From assembly GCA_902775595.1 (NCBI GenBank), contig CACYNF010000003.1, forward strand, positions 1 to 62,314: a stretch of DNA of 62,314 nt. The letters are read 5' to 3'. The notes beneath the pieces are model-generated. The model made no database searches and was not told where the DNA came from. It saw only the letters and a list, made by a program, of their open reading frames with translations. Shown here piece after piece: positions 33,404 through 43,600 of the stretch. The translations under genes were made by a program, and so were the position numbers. The stretch is from an uncultured bacterium (GTDB lineage: Bacteria; Verrucomicrobiota; Kiritimatiellia; RFP12; UBA1067). The stretch's first letter is position 1, and each line of letters starts with the position of its first letter.

Positions 33404-34862
33404 GGAAGACCTCGGCCTGGAAAGTCTCGAACTTCGCGCCGCTGCGCCAGGCGTCGGGCGAAAGCCCCGCCTTCTGCGAAAGATAGGAGAGCGTCGTCGG
33501 CAAATCCCAGCCCTGCTCTGGCGCGACTTGCGGAAGGAACACGGCGAAGCATCCGTTCTTCTCAAGCGTCATGCCGTCCCGTCCCAGCACGATGTCGCGC
33601 CACGACGCAACGCGCTTCGGCGGCGTAAGGGCCGAGACCTCGACGCGCAGGTTCGAAAGCTCGCGTTCCGAGACAGGCGAAAAGCGCGGGTCTCCAAGCG
33701 CCGAGTCTACGGCGCGGGCTGCCACCGCCTCGACGAGCGGTCGCATCGGCATGATCTCGCCTATGCAGCCGCGCAGCGCACCGGTCGCCTTGTCGTTCAA
33801 GGTGACGAACGCGCCCATCTTGGTGCGCGTCGACTTTGGCGCATCAGATACGTCAATGCCTGCGCCGCGCCTCATCCCGTTTCTCACCGCCTTCTCCATC
33901 GACGCGCGCGCGACGCGCAGAAGATACGCCCTGTCGTCGGCGGAAAGAACCTCGCTCCCCTCACCCTGCCACTTGACGCTCCCAGTCGCGGCGACATAGC
34001 AGACAAAGCGCGAATAGTCGCCGTCGCCGTCGCTCGACGTCGCGTACTTCTGCCGGACGATAGACATGGTTTTCGGAAACGCGCGGAGCGCGAGCTCAAT
34101 AGGAACATGTCCGCAGATCGTCGCGCCAGTGCGCTTTATGAACGCGGCAAACGAGTCGGCATCGCCCTTCGCAATAAGCTGGAACGCCTCGTCGTCGGAA
34201 GCTGCGACCTTGCGGCGAACATCCTCGCCGCCGCTTTTGCCGAAGGGAGTGTAGGAAAAGTCGTCGCCGTAGTGCGTGAAGTCGGACGAGATGACAAGCA
34301 AAGTCTCCACGTCCATCAATCGCGCCAGCGCACGGGCGCACATCCCCATCTGGTCCTGGCCAAAGGAACCCATCACGAGCGGGACAATCGAAAAGCCGCC
34401 GCCAAGCGCAAGCTGAAGGAGCGGATACTCGATCTGCGCGGAATGCTCGGCGGAATGTATGCCGTCGTTGCGTGCAACAGGCGCAACGAGCGCAAGCCGG
34501 TCGATCCAGTCGCGGTCGATCTTAATTTCGCCGAGCGGCGTCGAGACGGCGGACGCCTCCGGAGCGACAAGACGGTTCTCGATCCATGCGCGGTGGCTCG
34601 GCGCGAGAAGGACGACGCGCTTGTACTTCGCGCCCTTGACGAGGCGAACGGCCCGCCACGCCGTCTCGCCGGAGTACGCCCAGCCCGCGTGCGGAAGGAC
34701 GAGGATGTTCGGCGTCTCGCGCGGCGCATCCGCCGCGATGCCGCGCTCCCACCCGTCGGACATCGCGCGGATCCCCTTCGCCGTTCCAGGATACCAGTAT
34801 CCCGCTATCGTGCTTTCAAGTAATGTCGTCTGCATCTTGCCTTTCATTCGCAAAACGGCCAT
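33396..34862 (-). CDS. Fused Memo-like (AmmeMemoRadiSam protein B) and AMMECR1 (protein A) protein
   Basis: N-terminal half IAGYWYPG...VLPHAGWAYSGETAW (Memo). C-terminal half GAFVTLNDKATGALRGCIGEI...DPRF (AMMECR1). The start could also be one of the Met codons 5 or 9 residues downstream. Confidence 0.85.
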   Translation of the reverse strand: MAVLRMKGKMQTTLLESTIAGYWYPGTAKGIRAMSDGWERGIAADAPRETPNILVLPHAGWAYSGETAWRAVRLVKGAKYKRVVLLAPSHRAWIENRLVAPEASAVSTPLGEIKIDRDWIDRLALVAPVARNDGIHSAEHSAQIEYPLLQLALGGGFSIVPLVMGSFGQDQMGMCARALARLMDVETLLVISSDFTHYGDDFSYTPFGKSGGEDVRRKVAASDDEAFQLIAKGDADSFAAFIKRTGATICGHVPIELALRAFPKTMSIVRQKYATSSDGDGDYSRFVCYVAATGSVKWQGEGSEVLSADDRAYLLRVARASMEKAVRNGMRRGAGIDVSDAPKSTRTKMGAFVTLNDKATGALRGCIGEIMPMRPLVEAVAARAVDSALGDPRFSPVSERELSNLRVEVSALTPPKRVASWRDIVLGRDGMTLEKNGCFAVFLPQVAPEQGWDLPTTLSYLSQKAGLSPDAWRSGAKFETFQAEVFHE

Positions 34863-34891
34863 CCCGCCGTCATTGCCATAGTTGCGGCAAC

Positions 34892-34900
34892 ATTATACCA
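34892..34900 (-). promoter_or_regulatory. Extended -10 promoter of the AmmeMemoRadiSam pair
   Basis: Sense strand TGGTATAAT, ending 29 nt before ATG 34862. Confidence 0.5.
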
Positions 34901-34949
34901 AATTCCGCCCAATCCGACAGAACTGGGAAGAGCGAACGTTAAGCGCCCC

Positions 34950-35939
34950 TCAGGCAAGGCGCAGCGCAAGGACGGCCGAGGCGAGAAGCGGCTTCTTCAG
35001 CGACAGCGGAAACTCCCTGACTGAAGAACGCACGAATGGATCGGCGAGATATTCGCGCAGGATCCTCATCCCCTCGCGGCGCGGAAGTCGGCCGCGGACA
35101 GTGCACGAAAGGATTTCAAGCGCCGAGAAGACGCACGACGCCGCGTAGAGAGGCCCGAGCGACCCACCCTCAGCCACATCGAGCGCACGGCGCTTCGCAA
35201 GAAGCCGAAGCTTGTTGCGGCAAAGCCGTGCGCCGTCGCGCGGAATCGACCTCATCGCGCCGTCGTCGCGCGAAGTGACGCGGTAGATCTCCTGCGCAAC
35301 GCACGTCATCGACCTTGCGCGAAGAAGAACCTCCGAGACGAACATCGCGTCCTCGTAGAGCTCGATCGTCTCGTCGAAGCGGACATTCTCGACAAGCCCG
35401 CGGCGAAACGCCATCCTCCACACGCCCGCCATTTCGCGATCAGCGAAAAGAGGCCTGCCCGAATACCATGCGCGGACGTCGTCGAAGGAATATCCGAAGA
35501 CCCGCGGCAGATAACCCGCGCGGATTTCGGCGTTCGTGCGGAAGCGGTAGTCGCCCTTTAGCGGCGAGCCCTCGTACGCGCACACGCACACATCCGCGCC
35601 GTCGCGTTCGAGCGCATCGGCCATGGCCGAGAAATAGCCGGGCAGAACGGAATCGTCGGGATCGACGAAGAAGACGAGCCGTCCCCGCGCCTCGTCGAGC
35701 GCTGCGTTTCGCGCGGCAGATACGCCGCGGTGCGGGCGGGCAAGGACTTTGAGGCGTTGTTCGTTCTTGGCAGACGATTCGAGAGCGGCGAGCGTTCCGT
35801 CGGAAGAACCGTCGTCCACTGCAAGAACCTCGGAACCGGGAGGAAGCGCCGCAAATACGCTTTCGAGGCAGCGGGCGAGATACGGCTCCACGTTCCAGCA
35901 GGGAATGACGACGCTGATCTCGACTGGCGCTTCGGTCAT
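34950..35939 (-). CDS. Family 2 glycosyltransferase
   Basis: ISVVIPCWNVEPYLARCLESV, VLAVDDGSSDGT, FVDPDD (DxD). Its ATG overlaps the upstream stop as ATGA (35936..35939). Confidence 0.85.
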   Translation of the reverse strand: MTEAPVEISVVIPCWNVEPYLARCLESVFAALPPGSEVLAVDDGSSDGTLAALESSAKNEQRLKVLARPHRGVSAARNAALDEARGRLVFFVDPDDSVLPGYFSAMADALERDGADVCVCAYEGSPLKGDYRFRTNAEIRAGYLPRVFGYSFDDVRAWYSGRPLFADREMAGVWRMAFRRGLVENVRFDETIELYEDAMFVSEVLLRARSMTCVAQEIYRVTSRDDGAMRSIPRDGARLCRNKLRLLAKRRALDVAEGGSLGPLYAASCVFSALEILSCTVRGRLPRREGMRILREYLADPFVRSSVREFPLSLKKPLLASAVLALRLA

Positions 35940-37552
35940 TTCAGCTTCGCGTCTATCGCGGCCTCCTCGGCCCAGGCGCCGGCGAGCGACGGATCAGAGG
36001 CGATCCTGCCGAGCGGAACCTTGAAGAACGCCTCGTAGGGTTTTCTGCCGTTGAGCCCCTTGAGCGAGAAGGCGACCTCGTCGCGACCCTTCGGCACGCG
36101 CCCGACGATCGTCACGACATCGCCGCGATAGAGGTTCTTGAGAAGACGCGGATACGCCTCGGCGCCGGAATCTGCGGTGAAGACGACGCGGATGTCGGAC
36201 AGCACGGGATCGCGGAAGCGGTCGGAGAGCTTCTCGATCCCCGAGCCCGCCTTCCAGCGGAGCCCGCCGTATATGAAGCTTTCGCCGCGGTTGCCGTGGG
36301 TCAGCACGTCGATGAGCTCGCGGTTCGCGCTCTCCTTGACGCCGTACATGTACACCGAGACGAGCCCGTCGTTCAGGTCGGTGAACTTCGAGAGTATCTG
36401 CGCCGTGTTGCTCACGCCCGAGTTCGCGTCTCCGTCGGTCACGACGAGCGCGATGAGCGGGCGCGTCGGATCGCGCGGAAGGGTGAGGACGGAGCGTATC
36501 GTCCCGAACACGTCGGTCCGCCCGTGGGCGGAGAGGTTGGCGAGCCACTTGTCGGCCGCCGCGAACGACTCCCTGTCGCACTCCTGCCAGCGGCGGAACG
36601 CATACGAATAGCTGTTGCGGAACGCGACGATGTTGAAGCGGTCGCCGGTGTTGAACGCCGAGCGCAGTATCTCCTTGGCGGCGAGGCGGCAGCTCACGAG
36701 CCGGTCGGAGCCGATGGAGCCCGACGCGTCGAGAAGTATGACGACGTCCTTCGGCACGACGGGAAGCGAGGTCCTCGGCGAGACCATCAGGCGGAAGTAC
36801 GTCCACTGCGCGTCATCGTGGCGCGACGCCGACAGGTTGACGAACTTCTCGAGCGGCTCCGCGTCGTCGACCTTCATCAGCTCGCGCACGGCGTCCTTCT
36901 CCCGCTCGACGATCTTCTCGTCGACCTTGTCGTATATCTCCTGCGAGGGGACGAACTCCGGCACCTTGGCCTTGTTCCCCGCGACGATCGCGGCACGCTC
37001 GACCGGTTCCGCCGAGAACGTCGGAACGGCCAGCTTCGCCTCCGGGGCGCCGAACGCCGGCGGCATCGCGAACACGGCACCTGGCGCGAGCTCGGGCGCT
37101 GTCAGGGCTCGGCTCTGCGGAACCGAGAACTCGGCGGCGGGGAGAGGGTCGGGCGACATCGATTCCGGAAGCTTGAGCGGAGACGCGTCGAACTTCTCGG
37201 CCGGAACCGGCACGGACGAAAGCTCCGGTGCCGAAGGCGCGGGAACATCGCCGTCCCAGTGCTGCTTCGCGTCGTCGGGCAGCTGCTCGGTCGCCGGGCC
37301 GACGGGCTCGTCTGCCTCCGCCTCGGGAGCCTCCTTCGCGGACATTATGTCCTTGATGCGCTCGATGCGAACCGGATCATCGACCGCCTCGTATTCGCCG
37401 ACGTGCATCGCCTCGCGGTGGTGCGAGCGCAGGGCCGACCGGTCGACGTGCGTCATCACCTTCGCGCGGATTCCGAACATCAGCGCGACATGCGCCGCGA
37501 CCGAGAAGACGATCGCAGCGGCAAGCAGGTTCTCGCGCCCTTCCCTCGTCAT
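35936..37552 (-). CDS. TonB-like membrane anchor plus Pro/Ala/Glu-rich spacer plus von Willebrand A (MIDAS) domain protein
   Basis: N-terminal TM LLAAAIVFSVAAHVALMFGI carries S-x3-H. About 150 aa of Pro-rich spacer (PAPSAPELSSVPVPAEK...). vWA domain with DxSxS in VILLDASGSIGS. No TonB C-terminal domain is recognisable. ATGA overlaps on both sides. Confidence 0.75.
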   Translation of the reverse strand: MTREGRENLLAAAIVFSVAAHVALMFGIRAKVMTHVDRSALRSHHREAMHVGEYEAVDDPVRIERIKDIMSAKEAPEAEADEPVGPATEQLPDDAKQHWDGDVPAPSAPELSSVPVPAEKFDASPLKLPESMSPDPLPAAEFSVPQSRALTAPELAPGAVFAMPPAFGAPEAKLAVPTFSAEPVERAAIVAGNKAKVPEFVPSQEIYDKVDEKIVEREKDAVRELMKVDDAEPLEKFVNLSASRHDDAQWTYFRLMVSPRTSLPVVPKDVVILLDASGSIGSDRLVSCRLAAKEILRSAFNTGDRFNIVAFRNSYSYAFRRWQECDRESFAAADKWLANLSAHGRTDVFGTIRSVLTLPRDPTRPLIALVVTDGDANSGVSNTAQILSKFTDLNDGLVSVYMYGVKESANRELIDVLTHGNRGESFIYGGLRWKAGSGIEKLSDRFRDPVLSDIRVVFTADSGAEAYPRLLKNLYRGDVVTIVGRVPKGRDEVAFSLKGLNGRKPYEAFFKVPLGRIASDPSLAGAWAEEAAIDAKLK

Positions 37553-39456
37553 TTCGCCGCCTCCGGATGCGCGTCGAGTATCTTCTTCGCCTCGGCGCAG
37601 AGCTCCTCGTCCGCAAAGAGCGCCGTCACGACCGTCGCGTACTTCCTCGCCGACTCGACGTCTCCCCTCGCCTCAGAGTTGCGCGCGAGCGCGACATACG
37701 CCTCTGCGCGGGCGCGCGGCGAGGCGGAGTTGAGCTCGACGGCGCGACGCAGCGTGGCGTCTGCCTTGTCGTGCTCGCCGAGGCCCGCCTCGAGCTTCCC
37801 GAGCGCGAGCGCGGCCGGCGCGAGGTCTGCGACGCATGCGTCCTCGGCCATCGCCTTTCTGTAGGACTCGACGGCCTTGGTGAAGTTCTTCGCCTTCTCC
37901 TCGACGGTCCCCATCAGGACATGGCCGGCCTGCCGCCATTCGGCAGAGTCGCTCTCGACGAGGTTCTTCGCGCAAATCGCGGCCTCCTCGCCGCCGAGCA
38001 GCTTGCCGACGGAAAGGGCCTTCGACGCAGACATGCGCTCGGTCGCGCCCTCGCGCACGAGCTTCGCGTATTCGGCCTTCGCCTCGTCGGTCTTGCCGGA
38101 GCGCCAGTCGAAGTCGGCGAGCATGAGCCGCGCCTCGCGCGACTCGTCGAGCGGGAGCCCCGCCTTGAGCGCGTCCCTGAGCAGCGCCGCGCCCTCCTGC
38201 TCGTGCTCGAGCTGCACGGTCGCGACACCGCGCCAGTAGAGCGATTCCGCGCGGCGCTTCTGGTTGCGGCCCGACGCAAGGGCCTCGGCTAGCGCAAGCT
38301 CGCACTTCGACCACTTCTTCTCGCGCGCGGCGATCATCGCCCTGCGGAAGAGCGCCTCCGCCGCCTCGTCGGTGCCGGGGAACTTCTCGGCGGTCTCGGC
38401 GTACTGCGCCTCGGCCTCCGCGGCCTTGCCGGACGACTCGTACGCCCACGCGAGCCGCAGCGAGTCGCACGCGAGGCCCGAAAGCGAATACGCCCTCTTC
38501 GCGTTCTCGATGACGCCGGAGCTGTTCCCGCCGGACGACGCGGTGTCGAAGCCCATGCGCGCGAGAGGGAGCTCGGCGTTGGCGCGGAACCTGCCCTGGG
38601 GGAACCTGTCGAGATAGGACTTGAAGAGCCGCTTCGCGGACTCGTTGTCGCCAGTCGCGTAGGCGCACGCGCCGAGCAGATACGCGAAATCGTCCGTCGA
38701 GCCGTCGCCGCAGAGCGCTGCGGCGTCGGCGTACTTCCCGGCGAGGTAGTTGCTCCACGCGGTCATTGTCCTCACGCCCGCCGCGTGCTTCCCTTCGGGA
38801 TAGCGCTTAAGGTAGCGCCCGAACACGCTCGCGGCCTCGCCGTATTTCTTCTCGTTGTAGCTCTGGACGGCGGCGAGGTAGAGCGCGTCCTCGGAGAACT
38901 GCGACTCCTTGCCGAAGGCTATGCCGAGAAGGAGCTCCACCGCCTTGCGGCGAACCTGGGCGTCGGGGGACTTCACGAGGATGGCCGCCCTGTGGAAATC
39001 GGCATAGGGCGCGTATTTGCCCTTGGGGTCGAGCCGGACGGAGCGGGCAAGGGTCTCGGGGTCGTTCGCGGCGGAGCCGAGATAGTAGAGCGCCGCGGCG
39101 CGGATATCGTTGGCCACCCTGTCGGAGTCGAGGACCTTGAGTTCGGCCGCGCGCTCCTCCGGCGTGCCGGCGAGGGCGCGCATGAGGCGCGAGCGGTCGG
39201 CGCGGGGCGACGTCGGGAACTTCTCCAGGAGCTCGCCGTACCCGTGGCGCGCCTCGGCGGACTTGCCGAGCGCCCTGTCGCACTCGGCGAGGCGGTAGAT
39301 CACCTCGTCTGCGGGAATGGACTTCTCGCCGCGGAGCGCCGCGTACTCGACCCTCGCCGCGGCGTATTCGCCGCGGTTGAACAGCCTGTCGGCCATCGCG
39401 AGACGGTCGGCCGGTATGACCGCGATAGCGGCGAGGAGAAAAGCGGAAAGCGTCAT
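37549..39456 (-). CDS. Tetratricopeptide-repeat protein (635 aa) with an N-terminal signal/anchor
   Basis: ORF 37549..39762 trimmed to ATG 39456 (MTLSAFLLAAIAVIPA), which overlaps the exbD stop as ATGA. Repeated A/Y/L-rich 34-residue helical pairs run throughout. Confidence 0.8.
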   Translation of the reverse strand: MTLSAFLLAAIAVIPADRLAMADRLFNRGEYAAARVEYAALRGEKSIPADEVIYRLAECDRALGKSAEARHGYGELLEKFPTSPRADRSRLMRALAGTPEERAAELKVLDSDRVANDIRAAALYYLGSAANDPETLARSVRLDPKGKYAPYADFHRAAILVKSPDAQVRRKAVELLLGIAFGKESQFSEDALYLAAVQSYNEKKYGEAASVFGRYLKRYPEGKHAAGVRTMTAWSNYLAGKYADAAALCGDGSTDDFAYLLGACAYATGDNESAKRLFKSYLDRFPQGRFRANAELPLARMGFDTASSGGNSSGVIENAKRAYSLSGLACDSLRLAWAYESSGKAAEAEAQYAETAEKFPGTDEAAEALFRRAMIAAREKKWSKCELALAEALASGRNQKRRAESLYWRGVATVQLEHEQEGAALLRDALKAGLPLDESREARLMLADFDWRSGKTDEAKAEYAKLVREGATERMSASKALSVGKLLGGEEAAICAKNLVESDSAEWRQAGHVLMGTVEEKAKNFTKAVESYRKAMAEDACVADLAPAALALGKLEAGLGEHDKADATLRRAVELNSASPRARAEAYVALARNSEARGDVESARKYATVVTALFADEELCAEAKKILDAHPEAAK

Positions 39457-39875
39457 TCCGCCCCTTCCAGGTTGTCCGTGGCGAGGGAGAAGTTCCATAT
39501 CCCCGCACCGCGGCAGATGTCGATCAGCTCGACGAGCGCCTCGTAGCGCACGTCCTTGTCGGCGCGGATTATGACCGGCTGGCCAGGATAGAACCTGGCG
39601 ACCTTCGCGAGCCTCGCGCCGAGGTCGCCGAGCGACAGGGCAACGGAGTTGACGGTGATCTTCCCGTCCTTCGCGAGATTCACGATTATCTCCCCGGGGA
39701 GCCGCTCCGGCGTCTCGGCAGTCTTCGCGTTGGGGAGCTTTATCGAGATCTCGCTCTCCCACTGCGAAAACACGCTGACCGTCACGAAGAAGCAGAGCAG
39801 CAGGAAGATCACGTCGAGCATCGACGTCAGGGCGAACGTCGTCGCCTTCGGCTGGCTTCTCCTCTTGAACTTCAT
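39453..39875 (-). CDS. exbD: Biopolymer transport protein ExbD/TolR
   Basis: 140 aa. LTSMLDVIFLLLCFFV TM with the conserved Asp; periplasmic domain VIIRADKDVRYEALVELID. Confidence 0.9.
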   Translation of the reverse strand: MKFKRRSQPKATTFALTSMLDVIFLLLCFFVTVSVFSQWESEISIKLPNAKTAETPERLPGEIIVNLAKDGKITVNSVALSLGDLGARLAKVARFYPGQPVIIRADKDVRYEALVELIDICRGAGIWNFSLATDNLEGAE

Positions 39876-39900
39876 CTGGAAAATCTCCTTGTAGACGGCG

Positions 39901-40401
39901 TCAGGCCGGAAGCGAGGCGAAGTGCTCTACGACACGCTCCTCGACCTCCGCGATGCGGCGCTGTGCGCGGCGGCGGAAGAACGCGTAGGCGAGAAGCGAG
40001 GGGATCGCGACCACGAGGCCGAAGATCGTCGTGACGATCGCCTGCGAGACGCCTTGGGCGAGCACCATCGGCTTCGCGCCCGCCGAGACGTCGGAGGCGA
40101 TTCCGCCGAAGGCCTGGAACATGCCGAGCACCGTGCCGAGAAGCCCGACGAGCGGAGCGATCGCGCCGAGGTCCGCGAGCCACTCGACCTGAGACATGAG
40201 GCGGTCAGCGACTCTGCCGCCTTCCGATTCCGGGTCCTTCGACGCGCAGATGCGCGAGACCGCCTCTGGAACGACTATTCCGGCGCGCTGGGAATACCAG
40301 AGATATATGACGAGCGCGAGCGCCCATACAGAGAATAGCGCGAGGACCCACATGAGCGGGCCTCCGTAGTTCCATGCCTGTTCGAAGGTGATGTCGTTCA
40401 T
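39901..40401 (-). CDS. exbB: MotA/TolQ/ExbB proton-channel protein
   Basis: 166 aa. LADLGAIAPLVGLLGTVLGMFQAF signature; three TM helices. Confidence 0.88.
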   Translation of the reverse strand: MNDITFEQAWNYGGPLMWVLALFSVWALALVIYLWYSQRAGIVVPEAVSRICASKDPESEGGRVADRLMSQVEWLADLGAIAPLVGLLGTVLGMFQAFGGIASDVSAGAKPMVLAQGVSQAIVTTIFGLVVAIPSLLAYAFFRRRAQRRIAEVEERVVEHFASLPA

Positions 40402-40431
40402 TTGTCCTTCCTTTCCTATAAGCTTCCGTAA

Positions 40432-40440
40432 ATTATATCA
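40432..40440 (-). promoter_or_regulatory. Extended -10 promoter of the exbB cluster
   Basis: Sense strand TGATATAAT, ending 30 nt before ATG 40401; AGGAAGGA Shine-Dalgarno in between. Confidence 0.5.
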
Positions 40441-40483
40441 AAATGTGCGCACATCAGACAAACGGTAATTCATGGCAATTGAG

Positions 40484-40569
40484 CTTGGCGGCGTCCGAAG
40501 GCTCCTCCTCGAGGAAACCTCGGCGAATACGCCGTATCCTCTCGCTCGGACCTTCGCTCCGCCGCCAAG
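40484..40569. repeat. About 86-nt imperfect-palindrome element, copy A
   Basis: Closing stem CTTGGCGGCG/CGCCGCCAAG. The core is about 85-90 percent identical (by eye) to the reverse complement of 49667..49753. Preceded by cggtaattcat (40463..40473). Confidence 0.75.
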
Positions 40570-40632
40570 CAACACCGCCGACAATAACGGCATTACTTAA
40601 GCATTGGCCTCGCACCGACCTATATGATGTGC

Positions 40633-43600
40633 TTAGAACGGCGCAGCACCAGCGAAGCCGGGGAAGCCGTTCGCCGGCGACGGCGCGAAGAAGAGGAACA
40701 CCTCGCCCTCGAACTCCTCGTTGTCTGCCGCGGACAGCGGAATGACGACGGTCGAGCATGTCGTCTTATAGATTACAGGCTTGCCCTTCGACTTCGTTCC
40801 CGTGTCGAACGACATCGTCGCCGTCACCGCGCCAGCCGTCGTCACCTTGAGCGAAAGCGACATCGCGTCCGTAAGCCCCATCTCCGCGCCGACGTCATCG
40901 GTCCCCTTGATTGTGAACGTCCTGTACGCGAGCGTCTTCTTACCTGACTTCGTCGAGAACAGCTGCTTCCCGAGCGCCTTGTAGTCCGCCTGTCCCCAGA
41001 GGTTCTGCCACGCATGGACGGTCGAGCCGTCGACTTCCTCCAGCGTCGCCATCCCGCCGAGCGCATCCTGGCCGACCCTCAGCGTGAAGTCGCGGGCGAC
41101 GGACTTAGTCACCGTCTTCTTCTTGCCCTTCACGATTTCCGTCGCCTTGTATGCGTACTTCGCGACGACTGGGACCGAGTACGCGGGCACGGCATTGTCA
41201 TAGCCAGTGTAGCTTGCCGCAGTGAACGTCCAGTTCGTGCCGCCCTCCTGGAACTTGCCGCTGATCTTCCCGACCGACGACACCGTTATCGCCGCAAGAC
41301 CGTTCGTCGCGCCATCCGCGCCGGCGATGTAGCCGTTGAACGTGCCCTTCGCCCAGCTCGGCAGGCCGTCCACCTCGAGCGCCATGCGCTGCGTGACCGT
41401 CTTGCCGTTCAGCGTGGCCGTCACCGCGACGAGGTACGTCCCCGCCTTCTCCGTGAAGCCCGTGAACGCATAGTTTCCGTCGCCGAGGTTCGCAAGCGCG
41501 ATTCCCTTCGGCAGCCCGCTCGCCGTCACGGTCGCGCCGTCCGTCGCGGTGAACGCCATCAGATCGCCGTATTTCAATCCGACGGTTCCGCCTTCTATCA
41601 CGCCTCCGGCGGTGTTGAATCCGAGCTCCAGATTGGCATCGTTCGCCGTCACGGTCCAGAGAATCAGCGCCGTCTTCGCGACAGTCTTCTTGTTCTTGCC
41701 GGTGCCAGTCGTCACGTTCTTCGTGAACGTCACGACATACGTGCCCGGCTTCGTCGGAGTGCCAACGATTGTCTGACCCGCCTGCTTGAGGTATCTGCCT
41801 GTTTTCTTCTTCGGATTCGAATAGGCATATGTATCCTTCGCCGCGAACACGATGCCGCCCGGCAGCCCCGCCACCTTCGCGACATTCTCCACCACCGGTA
41901 GGGGCACGCGTCCCGCGTGACCGCCATCTCCCGTCAAATCCCACTTCACGGGCACATACGCCATCGTCGTAATGTTCGTCAGCTCCTCGCCGAACACCGC
42001 CGCATCAGGCGCCTTGGGCCTCACCAGTACGCGATACTTCATGGTCTCGTAATACGCGCCTACCTTCTTCTTCGCCGTTATCGTGAAAAGCCCGGCCTTT
42101 GTGGTCTTGCCGTAGACGGAATAAGGCAACGCCTTCGTGACGGTCTTCGTCTGCTTTCCGGACTTCAGTTTCTCGGTAATCCGCTTCGCCGTGTACTTGA
42201 GCCCCGTCGGCAACCCCGACACCGTCCAGCCGTTCGTGACGCCTGGCAGATAGAATTGCTCGTTCACCGTCTGCCCAAGCGCAAGATCCTCCAGCTCCGT
42301 CACATTCTGCGGCAGCACCTCGATTGGTAGGGCGTGGACTCCGGCCACGCCGCCAACGGTGATCACCAGATACGGCGGATTGGTGAAGAAGTCCACGGCC
42401 GTCGTCGGCACGCCCTCAATCCACCACTCGACCTTGGCAGGCTTCACGACAACAGTCTTCGTCGTCTTGCCCTTCTTCACCTTCTTCGTTACAGCTGCAT
42501 TGTACTTGAGCTTCAATCCGGCAGGCAGTCCCTTCGCCACCACACCGTACGCCGTAACGCCATCCGTCGGCACGTCGAATCCCAGCTCCGAAAGCGTCAC
42601 CTTGAAGTATTTGCCTGCGACAAGCGTTGCCTCGATGGGACAGAGCTCCCACCACGGCTGCTCGCTCCCGTCGCCGTTGAGGACGCCAACGCCCTCTTCA
42701 ACATCAAACCTCACGCTCGGTGCGGCGTCTTCCGCGACCTCGATGCCCGCGCTCTCGCCACCACCGACGATCTGCCCCTTCTCGCCATCCGACGTATCGA
42801 CAATCGACAGCCGCGTCGTTGCCCCTTCGCCATCATCCTTCACAACCCTAATCGCCGGTCCGCCGTCCCCCACCATATTATGTCCATTCAAATCAATCGT
42901 CACCGCCCCCACGCTGTCCAGAATCTCCACCGTCCCGCTCACGTCGTTCGTTAGCGTCACAACAACGTTGTCGTTTTCGTCGAGCGACACAACTCCATCC
43001 CCACCAAATACATCATCACATAACTGCATGTCATCAGTCCATACTTCCCACGCGGCAAACAAAGTGACAACGCCGTTTGCGGTTTCCGTCAGGTTGGACA
43101 CGACCTCGCCATCGTCATATTCAACAATCCCATCCTTTTCAGTTGCCCATCCAGCGAATCGCCGATCAGTTGCCTTGAACACAATGTTGGAAAGCGACTG
43201 CTCTTCCCCATAGACAAAAGGCTGATCCGGCATCACGCCTTCTCCTCCATTCGCGTCGAACACTACGGTGTAAATCGAGTTCCACTTTGCATACAAAGAC
43301 ATATCGCCAACGATGAGAGCATCGCCGTCCACAAGTATTCCATCTTCCGGCTTGTCATACCATCCACCAAAGACATAACCATCACGCGTCGGCAACGCGA
43401 TATCGCCAACTTTCGCACCATGCGTGACGACAAGTTGACTTCCCTCTTCGCCATTGCCCACGAACAGCGAAACCCTGTATTCATTCAGTTTCCACTGCGC
43501 CGTATATGTCACATTCGACGCCGGAACCGTCGCAGACACCTCTGGTTCCCACTTGACGAAAGTATACCCTTCCCTCGTCACAACTGGCGGAACAATCTCG

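Noticed and set aside
40443-40745. Small ORFs 40443..40745 (+) and 49489..49710 (-), which share the peptide RRI.SLGPSLRR.
   Set aside because: The shared peptide is a by-product of translating the two inverted copies of the 86-nt hairpin element. The rest of each ORF is low complexity.
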